From assembly GCA_964634875.1 (NCBI GenBank), contig CAZWKA010000008.1:978-64977 (forward strand): a DNA stretch of 64,000 nucleotides, written 5' to 3'. The first letter of the stretch is position 1, and the number at the start of each line of letters is the position of its first letter. Positions 46,380 through 56,560 of this stretch are shown one piece after another. The DNA is from an uncultured Gammaproteobacteria bacterium. Lineage in GTDB: Bacteria; Patescibacteriota; Patescibacteriia; Magasanikbacterales; GWA2-37-8. A program made the position numbers and the translations under genes. The notes beneath the pieces are model-generated. The model was given only the letters and a program-made list of their open reading frames with translations. It was not told the origin of the DNA and ran no database searches.

Positions 46380-48128
46380 CTAATTATGTGTTCGGTCTTT
46401 AATTTCTTGCTGTAACTTTTGGACAAAATCAGCGGCCATCATTTTAAGCTGCTCTTCTTGACCACGTACCCGAATTGTCCAAGTTTCTCCAGCTGCTTCA
46501 CGATCGCCAATAACTGCGATATACGGAATTTTTTGCCCAGCGGCCTTGCGGACTTTTTTACCCACTGTTTCATCTGTCTCATCAATCATTACCCGAATAC
46601 CAGCAGCTCTAAACTGCTGGGCTGCTGTTTTAGCAGCTTCAACATGCTTCGCTGAAACAGGCACGATACCGAGCTGTACTGGAGCTAACCACAAAGGAAA
46701 AGAACCGGCATAATGCTCAATGAGGATGCCCATAAAACGTTCAGGAGAACCAATGAGCGCGCGATGGATCATGACCGGATGTTTTTCAACACCATCAGCG
46801 TCGACATAGGTTAAACCAAACCGGACGGCCATATTGAGGTCAAGCTGCACTGTGGAAACCTGCCACTGTCGGCCAAGCGAATCTGTAGCCATAATGTCCA
46901 TCTTGGGACCATAAAAAGCAGCTTCCCCTTCGGCGGCCTCAAACTCAATTTTATTTTCTTCCAAAAGTTTTCTCAAGATCTGCTGGGCTTTTTCCCAAGT
47001 CGCGTCATCACCCAAATACTTTTCTTTTTGTGCTGGGTCGCGGAGCGATAAACGGATCCAGTATTTAAGGCCATACGTGGAAAGTGCTTTAGTAATAACT
47101 TTGAGCACAGCGTTAAATTCAACCTCAATTTGGTCTTCGCGGCAAAAACAATGCCCATCATCTTGAGAAAAACATCGGAGACGTGTCAAACCTGACAACT
47201 CACCAGGACGCTCATCACGGTACAGATTGGCGAAATCCGCAAAACGCAACGGCAGGTCTTTATAGCTGCGCATTTGTGAAGCATAGATCTGCGTATGCTG
47301 GGGGCAGTTCATCGGCTTTAAATAGAACTCCTCTTCCGAATAATGCGATACGACCCGGAACATATCGTCCTTGTACTTGTCATAGTGTCCCGAAATTTTA
47401 AACAATTCTGCCTTATTAACATTGGGAGTATGCACTTCTTCGAAACCAATTTCCTGGTTTAACTCACGTGAAAAACGGACAATCTCATTGCGAACTGCTG
47501 TACCCCGAGGCGTAAATAGCGGCATGCCGGGGCCGACTAAATCTGAAAAAACAAACAACTCTAATTCTTTGCCAAGCTTACGGTGGTCACGCTTTTTAGC
47601 TTCCGCCAAACGGGTAAGGTGCAGATCGAGCTCTTCGGCGGTTGGCCAAGCTGTACCATAAATACGAGTTAGCATTTTATTTTTTTCATCCCCTCGCCAA
47701 TAAGCCCCTGCAATCGACAACAATTTAAAATATTTCAACTCACTGCTCGGATTTTCACTGTGCCCACCACGACAGAGATCGGAGTAGGTTCCAGAGGTGT
47801 AGAACGTAAGTGTCTGTCCTTCACCCGCAAATTCATTAATTAATTCTTCTTTATATTCATTGTCTTTATAAAATTCTTTGGCCTCAGCCACACTTACTTC
47901 TTTACGTTCAAATCCTGTCCAGGTTGGAACGAGCGCATGCATTTTTTCTTCCAAACGAACAAGGTCTTCTTCGGTGATTTTTTCAAGACCGAAATCAAAA
48001 TCATAATAAAAACCATTTTCGATTGCCGGGCCAATAGTGCGCTTAGCATTTGGCCATAGTTCCAAAACTGCAGCGGCCAAAAGATGTGCAGCGGAGTGAC
48101 GGAGATGGTCAAGTTCTTCTTTGTTCAT
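46380..48128 (-). CDS. thrS: Threonine--tRNA ligase (N-terminally short form lacking TGS)
   Basis: HLRHSAAHLLA editing-domain motif, class II core motifs, and a C-terminal anticodon-binding domain. 582 aa. Confidence 0.9.
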   Translation of the reverse strand: MNKEELDHLRHSAAHLLAAAVLELWPNAKRTIGPAIENGFYYDFDFGLEKITEEDLVRLEEKMHALVPTWTGFERKEVSVAEAKEFYKDNEYKEELINEFAGEGQTLTFYTSGTYSDLCRGGHSENPSSELKYFKLLSIAGAYWRGDEKNKMLTRIYGTAWPTAEELDLHLTRLAEAKKRDHRKLGKELELFVFSDLVGPGMPLFTPRGTAVRNEIVRFSRELNQEIGFEEVHTPNVNKAELFKISGHYDKYKDDMFRVVSHYSEEEFYLKPMNCPQHTQIYASQMRSYKDLPLRFADFANLYRDERPGELSGLTRLRCFSQDDGHCFCREDQIEVEFNAVLKVITKALSTYGLKYWIRLSLRDPAQKEKYLGDDATWEKAQQILRKLLEENKIEFEAAEGEAAFYGPKMDIMATDSLGRQWQVSTVQLDLNMAVRFGLTYVDADGVEKHPVMIHRALIGSPERFMGILIEHYAGSFPLWLAPVQLGIVPVSAKHVEAAKTAAQQFRAAGIRVMIDETDETVGKKVRKAAGQKIPYIAVIGDREAAGETWTIRVRGQEEQLKMMAADFVQKLQQEIKDRTHN

Positions 48129-48137
48129 AGTAAAAAA

Positions 48138-48677
48138 TTATTGTTTTGAATAAATGCTCGGTAAGTTTCGTTTTAATTGTTTATGATCAAGCCCGTAACC
48201 AATGACAAAATTATTGGGAATACTGAAACCGATATATTCAATTGGGGTGCTGAACTTGAAGCATTCATGCTTGAAGAGCAGCGTTGCCACGCGCACACTC
48301 TTGGCTCCAGCATCTTCGACATGCTGACGTAAAAAATGTATTGTTTGGCCACTATCCACAATATCTTCAACAATCACTACGTCGCGCCCAGCGAGCGAAA
48401 CTCCCGGTGCTTGTATTAACTCTACAGTACCCGAAGAAACCTCTTCGTTACCATAACTTTTTACCCGAACATAATCAATCTCCAGATCAATCGTCTGTAT
48501 TTCGCGCACCAGATCAGCCAAGAAAATCACAGCGCCCTTCATTACCGCCAAAACAACTGGCGTACTACCAGATAAGTCACGCTCAATTTCTATAGCTAAT
48601 TCTTTGATTCTGTCCTTAATTATAGTCTCTGTATAGAGCTCTTTAAAGACCGTGCCGTCACTGTGGAGTGTATTCAT
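48138..48677 (-). CDS. hpt: Hypoxanthine(-guanine) phosphoribosyltransferase
   Basis: PRPP-binding motif VVIVEDIVDSGQT. 179 aa. Confidence 0.85.
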   Translation of the reverse strand: MNTLHSDGTVFKELYTETIIKDRIKELAIEIERDLSGSTPVVLAVMKGAVIFLADLVREIQTIDLEIDYVRVKSYGNEEVSSGTVELIQAPGVSLAGRDVVIVEDIVDSGQTIHFLRQHVEDAGAKSVRVATLLFKHECFKFSTPIEYIGFSIPNNFVIGYGLDHKQLKRNLPSIYSKQ

Positions 48678-48892
48678 AGATAAAAATACCCCGATGCCTC
48701 CTACGAAAGAGACATCGGGGTCTTAAGGATATTAAGACGGTTCCACCCGAATAGTTAGCTTTTAACCAAATTGTCCTGTACACCCTGACATTGTCAGCAC
48801 TAAGAGTGGTACCATACCGAACAGGGCTGGGCTGGTTCTTAGCCAGATGTACTAAGCTATTTTTATCAAAAAAGAGCCGACCTGTCAAATCA
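48678..48892 (-). promoter_or_regulatory. ~215-nt structured leader of hpt ending in an intrinsic-terminator hairpin (candidate riboswitch/attenuator)
   Basis: On the minus strand, the hairpin CCCCGAUG-(16 nt)-CAUCGGGG (48689-48720) is followed by UAUUUUU and then immediately by the hpt ATG. There is no room for a promoter between the terminator and the ATG, so hpt must be read through it. The upstream ~170 nt is GC-balanced and stem-rich. Confidence 0.4.
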
Positions 48893-50032
48893 CTAATTCA
48901 TATTTTTAACCACAACCTTAATGCGGTCTGGAACACTCGGCGCACTCCGCATCCAGCCGGGTGAAAACTGCACGTCAACTCCCGAAACGTGGTCAAGCCC
49001 CAAAATATAACGCTGGATATCTTCCTTCTTTTTACCCAAAAAATTCTTAGCTAAAAGTTTATCTCCATTAGCATCAAGCGTTACAACCACATCCTGAGTA
49101 ACCGTTAAATCAGCCGTTGATCTCGTTATATCGTACGAACCAACATTAATCCGAGGTTCTTTGGTAAGCGATAATAATTTTTCTGACGAACTATCAAATT
49201 TGGTCGAGAGCTCGTCATTGATAAGTTTAGCCAGGTCAGCAGGATTGTAACTAACCACGAGAAGCGTATTGGTGCCTTGAACGCTGAAATTTGCCACTTC
49301 ATCGCCAACCTTTTGGCTGGCAGTGACGTCTTGGCCTACCAAAACAACCGCGCGGCTTGTACTAGTATCTTGGATGGTTGCTAAAAAGGCATCTTTTACT
49401 TTTTCTTTATAATCCTTAAGCGCATTGGCAATATCGTCTTCACTCAGCACACCAACTTTTTTGGCACCGCCAGTCATCGGTGCAGTACTTACAGCATAAA
49501 TGCTTTTTTGTTTTTCAAGCGCGAGCCCCGGGATAGTAAATTGGCTTGCCGGAATATCACTACCTGAACCTGGTACGTCAGCATACACCGTGGCATCAAG
49601 CTGGCCGTTTGCAGGCACAATAACCGTATCAGATAAACGGAATAAAATACCACTGGCCGTCAGGAGGCGGGTGGTCGCAACAAGTGTTTGTGGGGCACTG
49701 GTTTTGTTATAGAGCGTCACCTGCCCTCCGGCACCGCCTTCAACAACCTTAGTACCTGTTGGATAATATGTATTTGACCACACAAATTTGGTTGAGCTTA
49801 CCGTCCCTACGATCGCGGTTGCACCAGGGGTTTCGGACGCAACCCTTACCGTCAACGGCACGCTCTGGCTGTCTTCTTTAGAAACAACCACTATTGTTGC
49901 TTTTTTGGAAGTGATAAAAACAACCACGCCCAAAATTATAACGGTGAGGAATAAAAAAGACAGGGCAATGGTCTTGTAAAAACGTACTGGCGGCTCCGGG
50001 GCCGGGGCAGTTTCCATGCGACGGATCATCAT
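48893..50032 (-). CDS. Secreted/membrane-anchored hypothetical protein
   Basis: N-terminal TM (..ALSFLFLTVIILGVVVFITS) followed by a ~330-aa Thr/Ser/Val-rich extracytoplasmic region. Confidence 0.45.
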   Translation of the reverse strand: MMIRRMETAPAPEPPVRFYKTIALSFLFLTVIILGVVVFITSKKATIVVVSKEDSQSVPLTVRVASETPGATAIVGTVSSTKFVWSNTYYPTGTKVVEGGAGGQVTLYNKTSAPQTLVATTRLLTASGILFRLSDTVIVPANGQLDATVYADVPGSGSDIPASQFTIPGLALEKQKSIYAVSTAPMTGGAKKVGVLSEDDIANALKDYKEKVKDAFLATIQDTSTSRAVVLVGQDVTASQKVGDEVANFSVQGTNTLLVVSYNPADLAKLINDELSTKFDSSSEKLLSLTKEPRINVGSYDITRSTADLTVTQDVVVTLDANGDKLLAKNFLGKKKEDIQRYILGLDHVSGVDVQFSPGWMRSAPSVPDRIKVVVKNMN

Positions 50033-50104
50033 AGGGTAAAAAGTTACTTAAAAATTGGTAATAAATTATACATAGCATACCACAACTAGAGCTATGTAAA
50101 AAGT

Positions 50105-50149
50105 CCCCAATGTCAAAATCCTAATTTCTAATGTCAAATTTTTTGACAT
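50105..50149. repeat. Palindromic repeat element, copy 1 (CCTAATTTCTAATGTCAAA + inverted arm)
   Basis: AATGTCAAA occurs twice in direct orientation (50107-50115, 50129-50137), followed by the perfect palindrome AATGTCAAA-TTT-TTTGACATT (50129-50149). The 16-mer CCTAATTTCTAATGTC differs by 1 nt from the copy at 61979-61994. Confidence 0.5.
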
Positions 50150-50174
50150 TTGGCATTACAACTTTGAAATTTCA

Positions 50175-51926
50175 TTATTCAGTGACACGGAATACCTCTT
50201 CCACACTAGTAATCTTGTCGAGAGCTTTCAAAAGGCCATCCTGCACCATGGTTACCATCCCATTCTTAACGGCCAAATCCTGGATACTGTACTCTGAAAC
50301 TTGGGCACTCAAAATTACCTGCTCAATCTCTTTGCTCATAACAAAAATTTCATAAATACCAATACGACCTTTGTACCCCAGGCCGCTGCACGCTCCGCAA
50401 CCCTTTCCTTTATAAAAATGTAAGTTATTAAGGTCAACATTCTTCTTTTCCACTTCCGGCAACGTCTCAAATACTTGTTGTACGCGCTCGGCAAACTCCG
50501 GACCGAGTGGAGCCTCTTCCCGACATTTCTCACAAATACGGCGGACTAAACGTTGGCCAATAACCGAATTTAAAGCCGGAGCCAACAGAAACGGTTTCAC
50601 TCCCATCGACAAAAAACGAGGGATAGCGCCAGAGGCACTGTTGGTATGGATAGTTGAAAGCATTAAATGGCCAGTCAAGGCGGTTTGGATAGCGATTTCA
50701 GCTGTTTCGAGGTCACGGATTTCACCAACCATACAAATATCAGGATCCTGACGCAAAATACTTTTGAGCCCCTTAGCAAAAGTATAATCGTGAGCCGAAT
50801 CAACTTGACTCTGGTTTATGCCTTCCATCTTAATTTCCACCGGATCTTCCAGGGTAATGATATTAACACCCGGCTTATTAAGCGTACGAAGTATGGCGTA
50901 CATCGTAGTTGTCTTACCTGAACCCGTGGGACCAGTCGTAATAATCATGCCATTTGGGCGCTCAACTTCACGCTTTAGGCGGCTGTATGCATCGCCACGA
51001 AGCCCTAGGTCATCATAGGTAACTCCTTTACTACCGCTATGCAAAATACGCATAACCACACTTTCACCATACGTCGTCGGCATAGTTGAAACACGCACAT
51101 CCAGGCTGCTTGACGATAATTGCAGTGTTACCCGGCCATCCTGGGGCCGGTCAGAAACATTAATTTTTAAAGCAGCTAAAAGCTTGATGCGTGAAATAAA
51201 ACGTTTCCACTGCTCTTTAGGAAGTGTGGCCACATCATGCAATACACCATCGATACGGTAGCGCACCGCGATCCCCTTTTCTTCGGCCTCAACGTGCATG
51301 TCCGACGAGTTTACCTTAAGCGCCGACGCGATCATCAAGGTCAAGATATCAGTAATAGAAACATTCTTAAATTTTTCTTCAAGACTCGTAAGGTTTTCAA
51401 TGCCCACCCCAAATTTTTCTAACTCTTCGTCAGTAATGTTAATATCTTTAGTGATCGGTTTAACGATCGGCAGGTTCGCATAATAACCCAGTGCCTTTTC
51501 AAGGCTGTGCTCCGAAATAATATAGATACCAACTCGAGCGTGAACGCGTTCACCCAGCTGATAAGCCAATTCATCGAGCTCCGAGCTTTGGGCAAGTACG
51601 CCCAAGCGTAACTCATCACCGTTATAAAAAAAACAGACCATCCGGCGCTCCCGTGCCTCAGCTTCAGGCAGAACACGCAAGGCTTCGGCAGAGATTGGAA
51701 AACCAGTCAGGTCAATATACGGCAAACCAACGCCTGCCGCCTGACTTGCAACTAAATTTTCTTGTTCCTTCAAACCAATCTCTTTCATTTTTACCGCAAA
51801 CTTGCCCTCAGTGGTTTGGTTGTCAGGTAGTGCAGATGAAGCCTTTGAGCCTGGTTGACCAGGACCACCAGGCGTCCCTGGCGAAGTTTTTTTAACCAGA
51901 TCGCTAATTGACGGAAAATCAGACAT
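50175..51926 (-). CDS. pilB: Type IV pilus / type II secretion assembly ATPase (PilB/GspE family)
   Basis: Walker A TGPTGSGKTTT, a Pro/Gly-rich N-terminal tail, and the C-terminal tetracysteine motif C..C..CGACSGLGYKGR. Confidence 0.85.
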   Translation of the reverse strand: MSDFPSISDLVKKTSPGTPGGPGQPGSKASSALPDNQTTEGKFAVKMKEIGLKEQENLVASQAAGVGLPYIDLTGFPISAEALRVLPEAEARERRMVCFFYNGDELRLGVLAQSSELDELAYQLGERVHARVGIYIISEHSLEKALGYYANLPIVKPITKDINITDEELEKFGVGIENLTSLEEKFKNVSITDILTLMIASALKVNSSDMHVEAEEKGIAVRYRIDGVLHDVATLPKEQWKRFISRIKLLAALKINVSDRPQDGRVTLQLSSSSLDVRVSTMPTTYGESVVMRILHSGSKGVTYDDLGLRGDAYSRLKREVERPNGMIITTGPTGSGKTTTMYAILRTLNKPGVNIITLEDPVEIKMEGINQSQVDSAHDYTFAKGLKSILRQDPDICMVGEIRDLETAEIAIQTALTGHLMLSTIHTNSASGAIPRFLSMGVKPFLLAPALNSVIGQRLVRRICEKCREEAPLGPEFAERVQQVFETLPEVEKKNVDLNNLHFYKGKGCGACSGLGYKGRIGIYEIFVMSKEIEQVILSAQVSEYSIQDLAVKNGMVTMVQDGLLKALDKITSVEEVFRVTE

Positions 51927-51945
51927 ACAGTTGTAATACAGAAAA

Positions 51946-52914
51946 CTAGTTAAGACGGACAGCTCGTTCTACAAAATGAATGATGCGGCTACCCACACCT
52001 TGGTGATGCATACGCATAAAGAAATACATCCAGGTACTGGTCGTAAAAGCATTAAAGATAGCTCCAACCACTCCAATCAGCAGGCCAAATAAAAAGAGTC
52101 CGACGATAAGTCCCAAAGTAAAAAGACCAAACGATCCTGTAAATCCAGCCGCCACCCAAATAAACCATGAGGGGACCAGTACAAGAAGCGCCCCCATATA
52201 GACAGCGCCTAAAAGACCCACATTACACAGCACCAAGAGCAGACTAAGCTCGAGCGAAACGAGCAGATGTTCTTCCAGTAGGCGAAGTCCTTCGGCGATT
52301 CCGGCTAGTAACGGGAAGTTATATTCGACAATATACCCTGCAGCGTAAATCGTCACTGCCGATACTGCGAGCATGCCCAAACCGGCAACTGAGATTACCA
52401 GAACCGTAGCCAAAAAACCCCCGACTGTTTCAGCACGAAAGTTACTCAGCAAATAAAAAGTTACCACCCACAAAGCGCCGCTGACAATTTTTTGCATGCC
52501 GTTAAGCGCGAGCAGTGGCCAAAACCGTCGGACCGATTTATGCCAAGCGCGGGCGAGTCGGGGCGATGTTTCATTCTTAAAATAATCTGCTGCCGCTGCA
52601 ATAAGTGCGCCCTGACCCAAAACAGCAACGACTAAAACCAAAACTGCTACCGCTAACATGATTACTACCAGCCAACTAAATAAAAAACCTTGTTCAACAG
52701 TCGTAATCTGCCATACTGGCCAGGATTCTGGCCAAGAAAAAGGGTTAATTGGCGCGGAAGTATTAGTACCCAGAAGTAATAATTGGCCGATAAAATGATT
52801 AAGACCAAATTGACCAACCAGCAAAGCCACAAGCCCAAAGATCCAGGTAATCTTATTGTGCCAGACAAAGCGCCATGATTTAAGGAGCGCATGACTATAC
52901 GTTGGCTCGTGCAT
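51946..52914 (-). CDS. Polytopic membrane protein (hypothetical)
   Basis: About 8 predicted TM helices and no recognised motif. Lies between ftsH and pilB on the same strand. Confidence 0.45.
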   Translation of the reverse strand: MHEPTYSHALLKSWRFVWHNKITWIFGLVALLVGQFGLNHFIGQLLLLGTNTSAPINPFSWPESWPVWQITTVEQGFLFSWLVVIMLAVAVLVLVVAVLGQGALIAAAADYFKNETSPRLARAWHKSVRRFWPLLALNGMQKIVSGALWVVTFYLLSNFRAETVGGFLATVLVISVAGLGMLAVSAVTIYAAGYIVEYNFPLLAGIAEGLRLLEEHLLVSLELSLLLVLCNVGLLGAVYMGALLVLVPSWFIWVAAGFTGSFGLFTLGLIVGLFLFGLLIGVVGAIFNAFTTSTWMYFFMRMHHQGVGSRIIHFVERAVRLN

Positions 52915-53148
52915 ACACGATTAATTAAAGTCTAAAAAAAGATATACTTTAGTATATCATATTTTATCTATTACCGCACCACACTGACAGCGAATAGTAT
53001 GGTGTCGAACTGCTAAACCAGGCCACGCCAGCTACCACTAAAGTAAAAAATCCTAACAAGAATCATCGGAAGATTGGTTTTTAGCACAACTCTTTTACAG
53101 CGAGATAGCGAAAAATGCTCCAGCAGTTGTGTTCCACAGTCATTAAAA

Positions 53149-53181
53149 ATCCCCCACACTCAGTTGAGTGGGGGGATTTTT
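53149..53181. terminator. Rho-independent terminator downstream of ftsH
   Basis: AUCCCCCACACUCAGUUGAGUGGGGGGAU with A/T runs on both sides. Confidence 0.55.
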
Positions 53182-53190
53182 AATCTAAAC

Positions 53191-55053
53191 TTATTTACCT
53201 ACGACCACCGGAGTCTTAGGAGGTGTTGGCCCCAAGATATCTGTAATATCGTCTTGTTCAATAGTTTCTTTTTCCATGAGCGCCGCAACCATTTTTTCCA
53301 TTGCCGGACGGTTTTTCGTGAGCACCTCCCGAGCACGACCTTCCGCTTCAGTAATTAAAACCAGGACTTCGGCGTCAATCATTTCAGCTGTTTTATCACT
53401 GTAATCACGTTCGCCATGCGATTCCCCGCCCAGAAAAACCATTTCTTCACGCTCACCAAATGTGCGCGGACCAAGCTTTGTACTCATACCATATTGAGTT
53501 ACCATGCCACGCGCCAGTTTAGTTGCATTACGCAAATCACTTGAAGGGCCGGTTGAAATATTTTCGTCTCCAAAAACCATCTTCTCAATCACATACCCTC
53601 CAAGTGACATGGCCAGATCATCACGGAATTGTGCGAGCGTATGATAATGCTTGTCTTCAATCGGCATTTTGAGCGTATACCCGCCCGCCGAACCACGCGA
53701 AATAATAGATACCTTGCGGACTGGGTCGCAATTTGGCAACAAATGACCAACAATCGCATGTCCGGCTTCATGATATGCGGTTACCTTCTTATCATAGTCA
53801 GAAATGACCCGGCTCTTACGTTCAGGGCCTAACAATACTTTTTCAATACTCGGCAAAATTTCATTCTCACTAACAACTTTTAAATTTTTACGAACCGTAA
53901 GGATGGCCGCTTCATTCAAAAGATTGGCGAGATCAGCCCCGGAGAAACCGGGCGTGCGCTCGGCTACTTTACGAAGGGACACTTCAGGTGCTAAAGGCTT
54001 ACCGGCTGCATGAATTTTCAAAATTTCTTCACGGTCTCGAATATCCGGCAAATCAATCGTTACCCGACGGTCGAACCGGCCAGGACGCAACAAAGCAGGA
54101 TCAAGCACATCTGGTCGATTGGTGGCCGCCATAATGATAACCCCTAAATTTGGTTCAAAACCATCCATTTCAACCAAAATTTGGTTCAATGTTTGTTCAC
54201 GCTCATCATGTCCGCCGCCCATACCAGCCCCGCGTCTTCGGCCAACCGCATCGATTTCATCAATGAAAATAATCGCAGGCGCAGCTTTCTTGGCCTTAGC
54301 GAACAAATCACGCACACGGCTCGCACCGACACCCACAAACATTTCCACAAACTCTGAACCACTCATATGGAAAAACGGCACATCCGCTTCACCGGCCACT
54401 GCTTTTGCAAGCAATGTCTTGCCCGTACCCGGCGAACCAGTCAACAGCACACCTTTAGGAATCTTTGCTCCGATGTCGGCAAATTTTTTAGGATCTTTCA
54501 AAAAATCAACAATTTCAACCAACTCTTCCTTAGCTTCTTTAGCGCCGGCAACATCTGCAAAAGTTTTTTTGTCTTTATCGTCCGGCTTAACCTGGCGGGG
54601 ATTACTTTGACCAAAACCCATCGCTTTATTGTTCATACCTTGCATGCCACGGGTCATGAAATATAAAAAACCAAGCAAAGCAATAATTGGCAGCGCTGGT
54701 AAAAGCAAATTAACCAACCAAAATCTCCAGGAACTTTCATCTTTTATTTCTACAGCCACCATTTTACGTGCCTCATCAGTAATACCGTAATTCTGAATAA
54801 TATCCCCAAAGGATTCTTGAGGTTCTTTCTTTGCTTGTTGCGGGGCAGCCTTGGGATCATTAAGCTCAATCGTCAGCGTATCTCCTTCAACAACAATTTT
54901 CTTGACCTGACCCGCGTTTATCTCTTCAGCCAATTGGTTGATACCAATTATCTCTGGTTTCTGGGCGCTCTTCCAATTAATAAGGCTCAAGCCCCCCGCC
55001 ACCAGAAGTAAAACACCTAAAATAAGTAAAAAATTCTTCAAAAAGTCTTTCAT
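53191..55053 (-). CDS. ftsH: ATP-dependent zinc metalloprotease FtsH
   Basis: AAA Walker [19 protein letters not shown], the SRH region, and the zinc site HEAGHA. N-terminal TM pair. Confidence 0.95.
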   Translation of the reverse strand: MKDFLKNFLLILGVLLLVAGGLSLINWKSAQKPEIIGINQLAEEINAGQVKKIVVEGDTLTIELNDPKAAPQQAKKEPQESFGDIIQNYGITDEARKMVAVEIKDESSWRFWLVNLLLPALPIIALLGFLYFMTRGMQGMNNKAMGFGQSNPRQVKPDDKDKKTFADVAGAKEAKEELVEIVDFLKDPKKFADIGAKIPKGVLLTGSPGTGKTLLAKAVAGEADVPFFHMSGSEFVEMFVGVGASRVRDLFAKAKKAAPAIIFIDEIDAVGRRRGAGMGGGHDEREQTLNQILVEMDGFEPNLGVIIMAATNRPDVLDPALLRPGRFDRRVTIDLPDIRDREEILKIHAAGKPLAPEVSLRKVAERTPGFSGADLANLLNEAAILTVRKNLKVVSENEILPSIEKVLLGPERKSRVISDYDKKVTAYHEAGHAIVGHLLPNCDPVRKVSIISRGSAGGYTLKMPIEDKHYHTLAQFRDDLAMSLGGYVIEKMVFGDENISTGPSSDLRNATKLARGMVTQYGMSTKLGPRTFGEREEMVFLGGESHGERDYSDKTAEMIDAEVLVLITEAEGRAREVLTKNRPAMEKMVAALMEKETIEQDDITDILGPTPPKTPVVVGK

Positions 55054-55218
55054 AAACCTAAAAAATTAATGTACCAAATAACCATGCGACACTTTCTTAA
55101 TTTCTTAATTTTAGCCCATAAGTAAGAAAAAATCAAGGCCGCACTATATCTCAGAAAAGACCTAACTAAACACCCCTCCCAAGGACTTGCCTTAAGAGGG
55201 GTGGTATCAAATCATTCC

Positions 55219-56379
55219 TTATTCAGCAGCCTTTTCGGCTTCAGGTGCCTCAGCTTTGGCCGGAGCAGTCTTACGACCGCTTTTTCCTTTTACACCGACA
55301 GCTTTCAGGCCAAGACGGTGTTCGGCGGGTTCGAGCGACATAATCTCAAAATCCATTTCTTGACCGATTTTGAAGTGCTCGTTAATATTGGCAATTGGAG
55401 TGTCTGATAACTCAGAAATATGAGCGAGGCCATGGATATCTTTATCAAGGCCAACCATGAGGCCAAATGGTTCAATCTTGAGGATCTTGCCTTTGACTAC
55501 GTCGCCTTGTTTATATTTATCCTTAACACTCTTCCATGGATCGTCTATCAAACGTTTAATCGACAAGTAAATCTTGGAGTGATCGAGCTGGATGATCTGT
55601 GCCTTAACCTTATCCCCTACTTTCACCACGTCTTTCGGGTGATCAATACGTTGCCAAGCAATTTCGGAAATATGTACCAAGCCTTCTAGTCCTTCGCCAA
55701 ATTTAATGAAGGCACCAAACGACGTCAGCGCACTGATCTCGCCATTGACGACATCACCAACCTTATAAGATTCAAGAACTGCTTTTTGGGAATCTTCCCA
55801 AACAGCACGTTCGGAAACAATCAATTTCTCTTCCTTTTCATCAACATCAATAACTTTAACTTCCAATTCCTGACCAACAATTTCACGCAGTTTATCGAGG
55901 ATGCGATTTTTATCACCACCCGTTACGCGAGGATAATGATCAGGGTTAAGCTGCGACACTGGCATGAAGCCAGCAAGCGCTTCTACCTGCATCATAAGAC
56001 CACCTTTGTTAGCCGAAACAACCTTACCTTTAATAGTAACGCCTTCTTTCATTAACTTGATCATGCCATCCCAAGCCTTCTGGTAACCAGCGATACGGAA
56101 TGATAATTCCATTTCACAGTTTTCATTTTCCAGCTCGACAACAGTCGCTTCGACTTCGTCGCCAACGCGCAGACCAGAATACTCGCGGGATTCAGCAAAA
56201 AGCTCACGTCCACGGACAACGCCAGTGGTCATGCCTTCGACATCAATATGAATTTCACCTTTATCAACAGAAAGAACCTTGCCTTTAACGATTGCCCCTA
56301 CTTTAGGGATTTCGGTAAAGTGAGTCTGTAAAAGCGCTTTAAAATCTTGTTTTTTAGCCGTTTTATCGGTATCGGACAT
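55219..56379 (-). CDS. rpsA: 30S ribosomal protein S1 (four S1 repeats)
   Basis: Four repeated S1 OB-fold modules (..GKVVS..KGGLMMQVE.., ..GEISALTSFGAFIKFGEGLEGLVHISEI.. etc.). 386 aa. Confidence 0.9.
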   Translation of the reverse strand: MSDTDKTAKKQDFKALLQTHFTEIPKVGAIVKGKVLSVDKGEIHIDVEGMTTGVVRGRELFAESREYSGLRVGDEVEATVVELENENCEMELSFRIAGYQKAWDGMIKLMKEGVTIKGKVVSANKGGLMMQVEALAGFMPVSQLNPDHYPRVTGGDKNRILDKLREIVGQELEVKVIDVDEKEEKLIVSERAVWEDSQKAVLESYKVGDVVNGEISALTSFGAFIKFGEGLEGLVHISEIAWQRIDHPKDVVKVGDKVKAQIIQLDHSKIYLSIKRLIDDPWKSVKDKYKQGDVVKGKILKIEPFGLMVGLDKDIHGLAHISELSDTPIANINEHFKIGQEMDFEIMSLEPAEHRLGLKAVGVKGKSGRKTAPAKAEAPEAEKAAE

Positions 56380-56560
56380 AAAAAAAATACTTGTTTATCC
56401 CGTCCGAGTTACATCTGGACTGAGTGCCCTTCACTAAAATGGAAAAGCTTGAGTATTTAGGTTATAAAAATAGCGTACCACCATTTTGAAGGGCTGTCAA
56501 GGCTTGCCGGGGTTCAAACAACGTGCTAGAATAACTGCATTCTTTAACCTGAATTTGTGT

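Noticed and set aside
48700-48880. Region upstream of hpt considered as SRP RNA or 6S RNA
   Set aside because: There are no matches to the SRP domain IV motif (GGAA..AGCAGCC) or the tmRNA/6S hallmarks. Its position and the terminator directly abutting the hpt ATG fit a cis-acting leader better.
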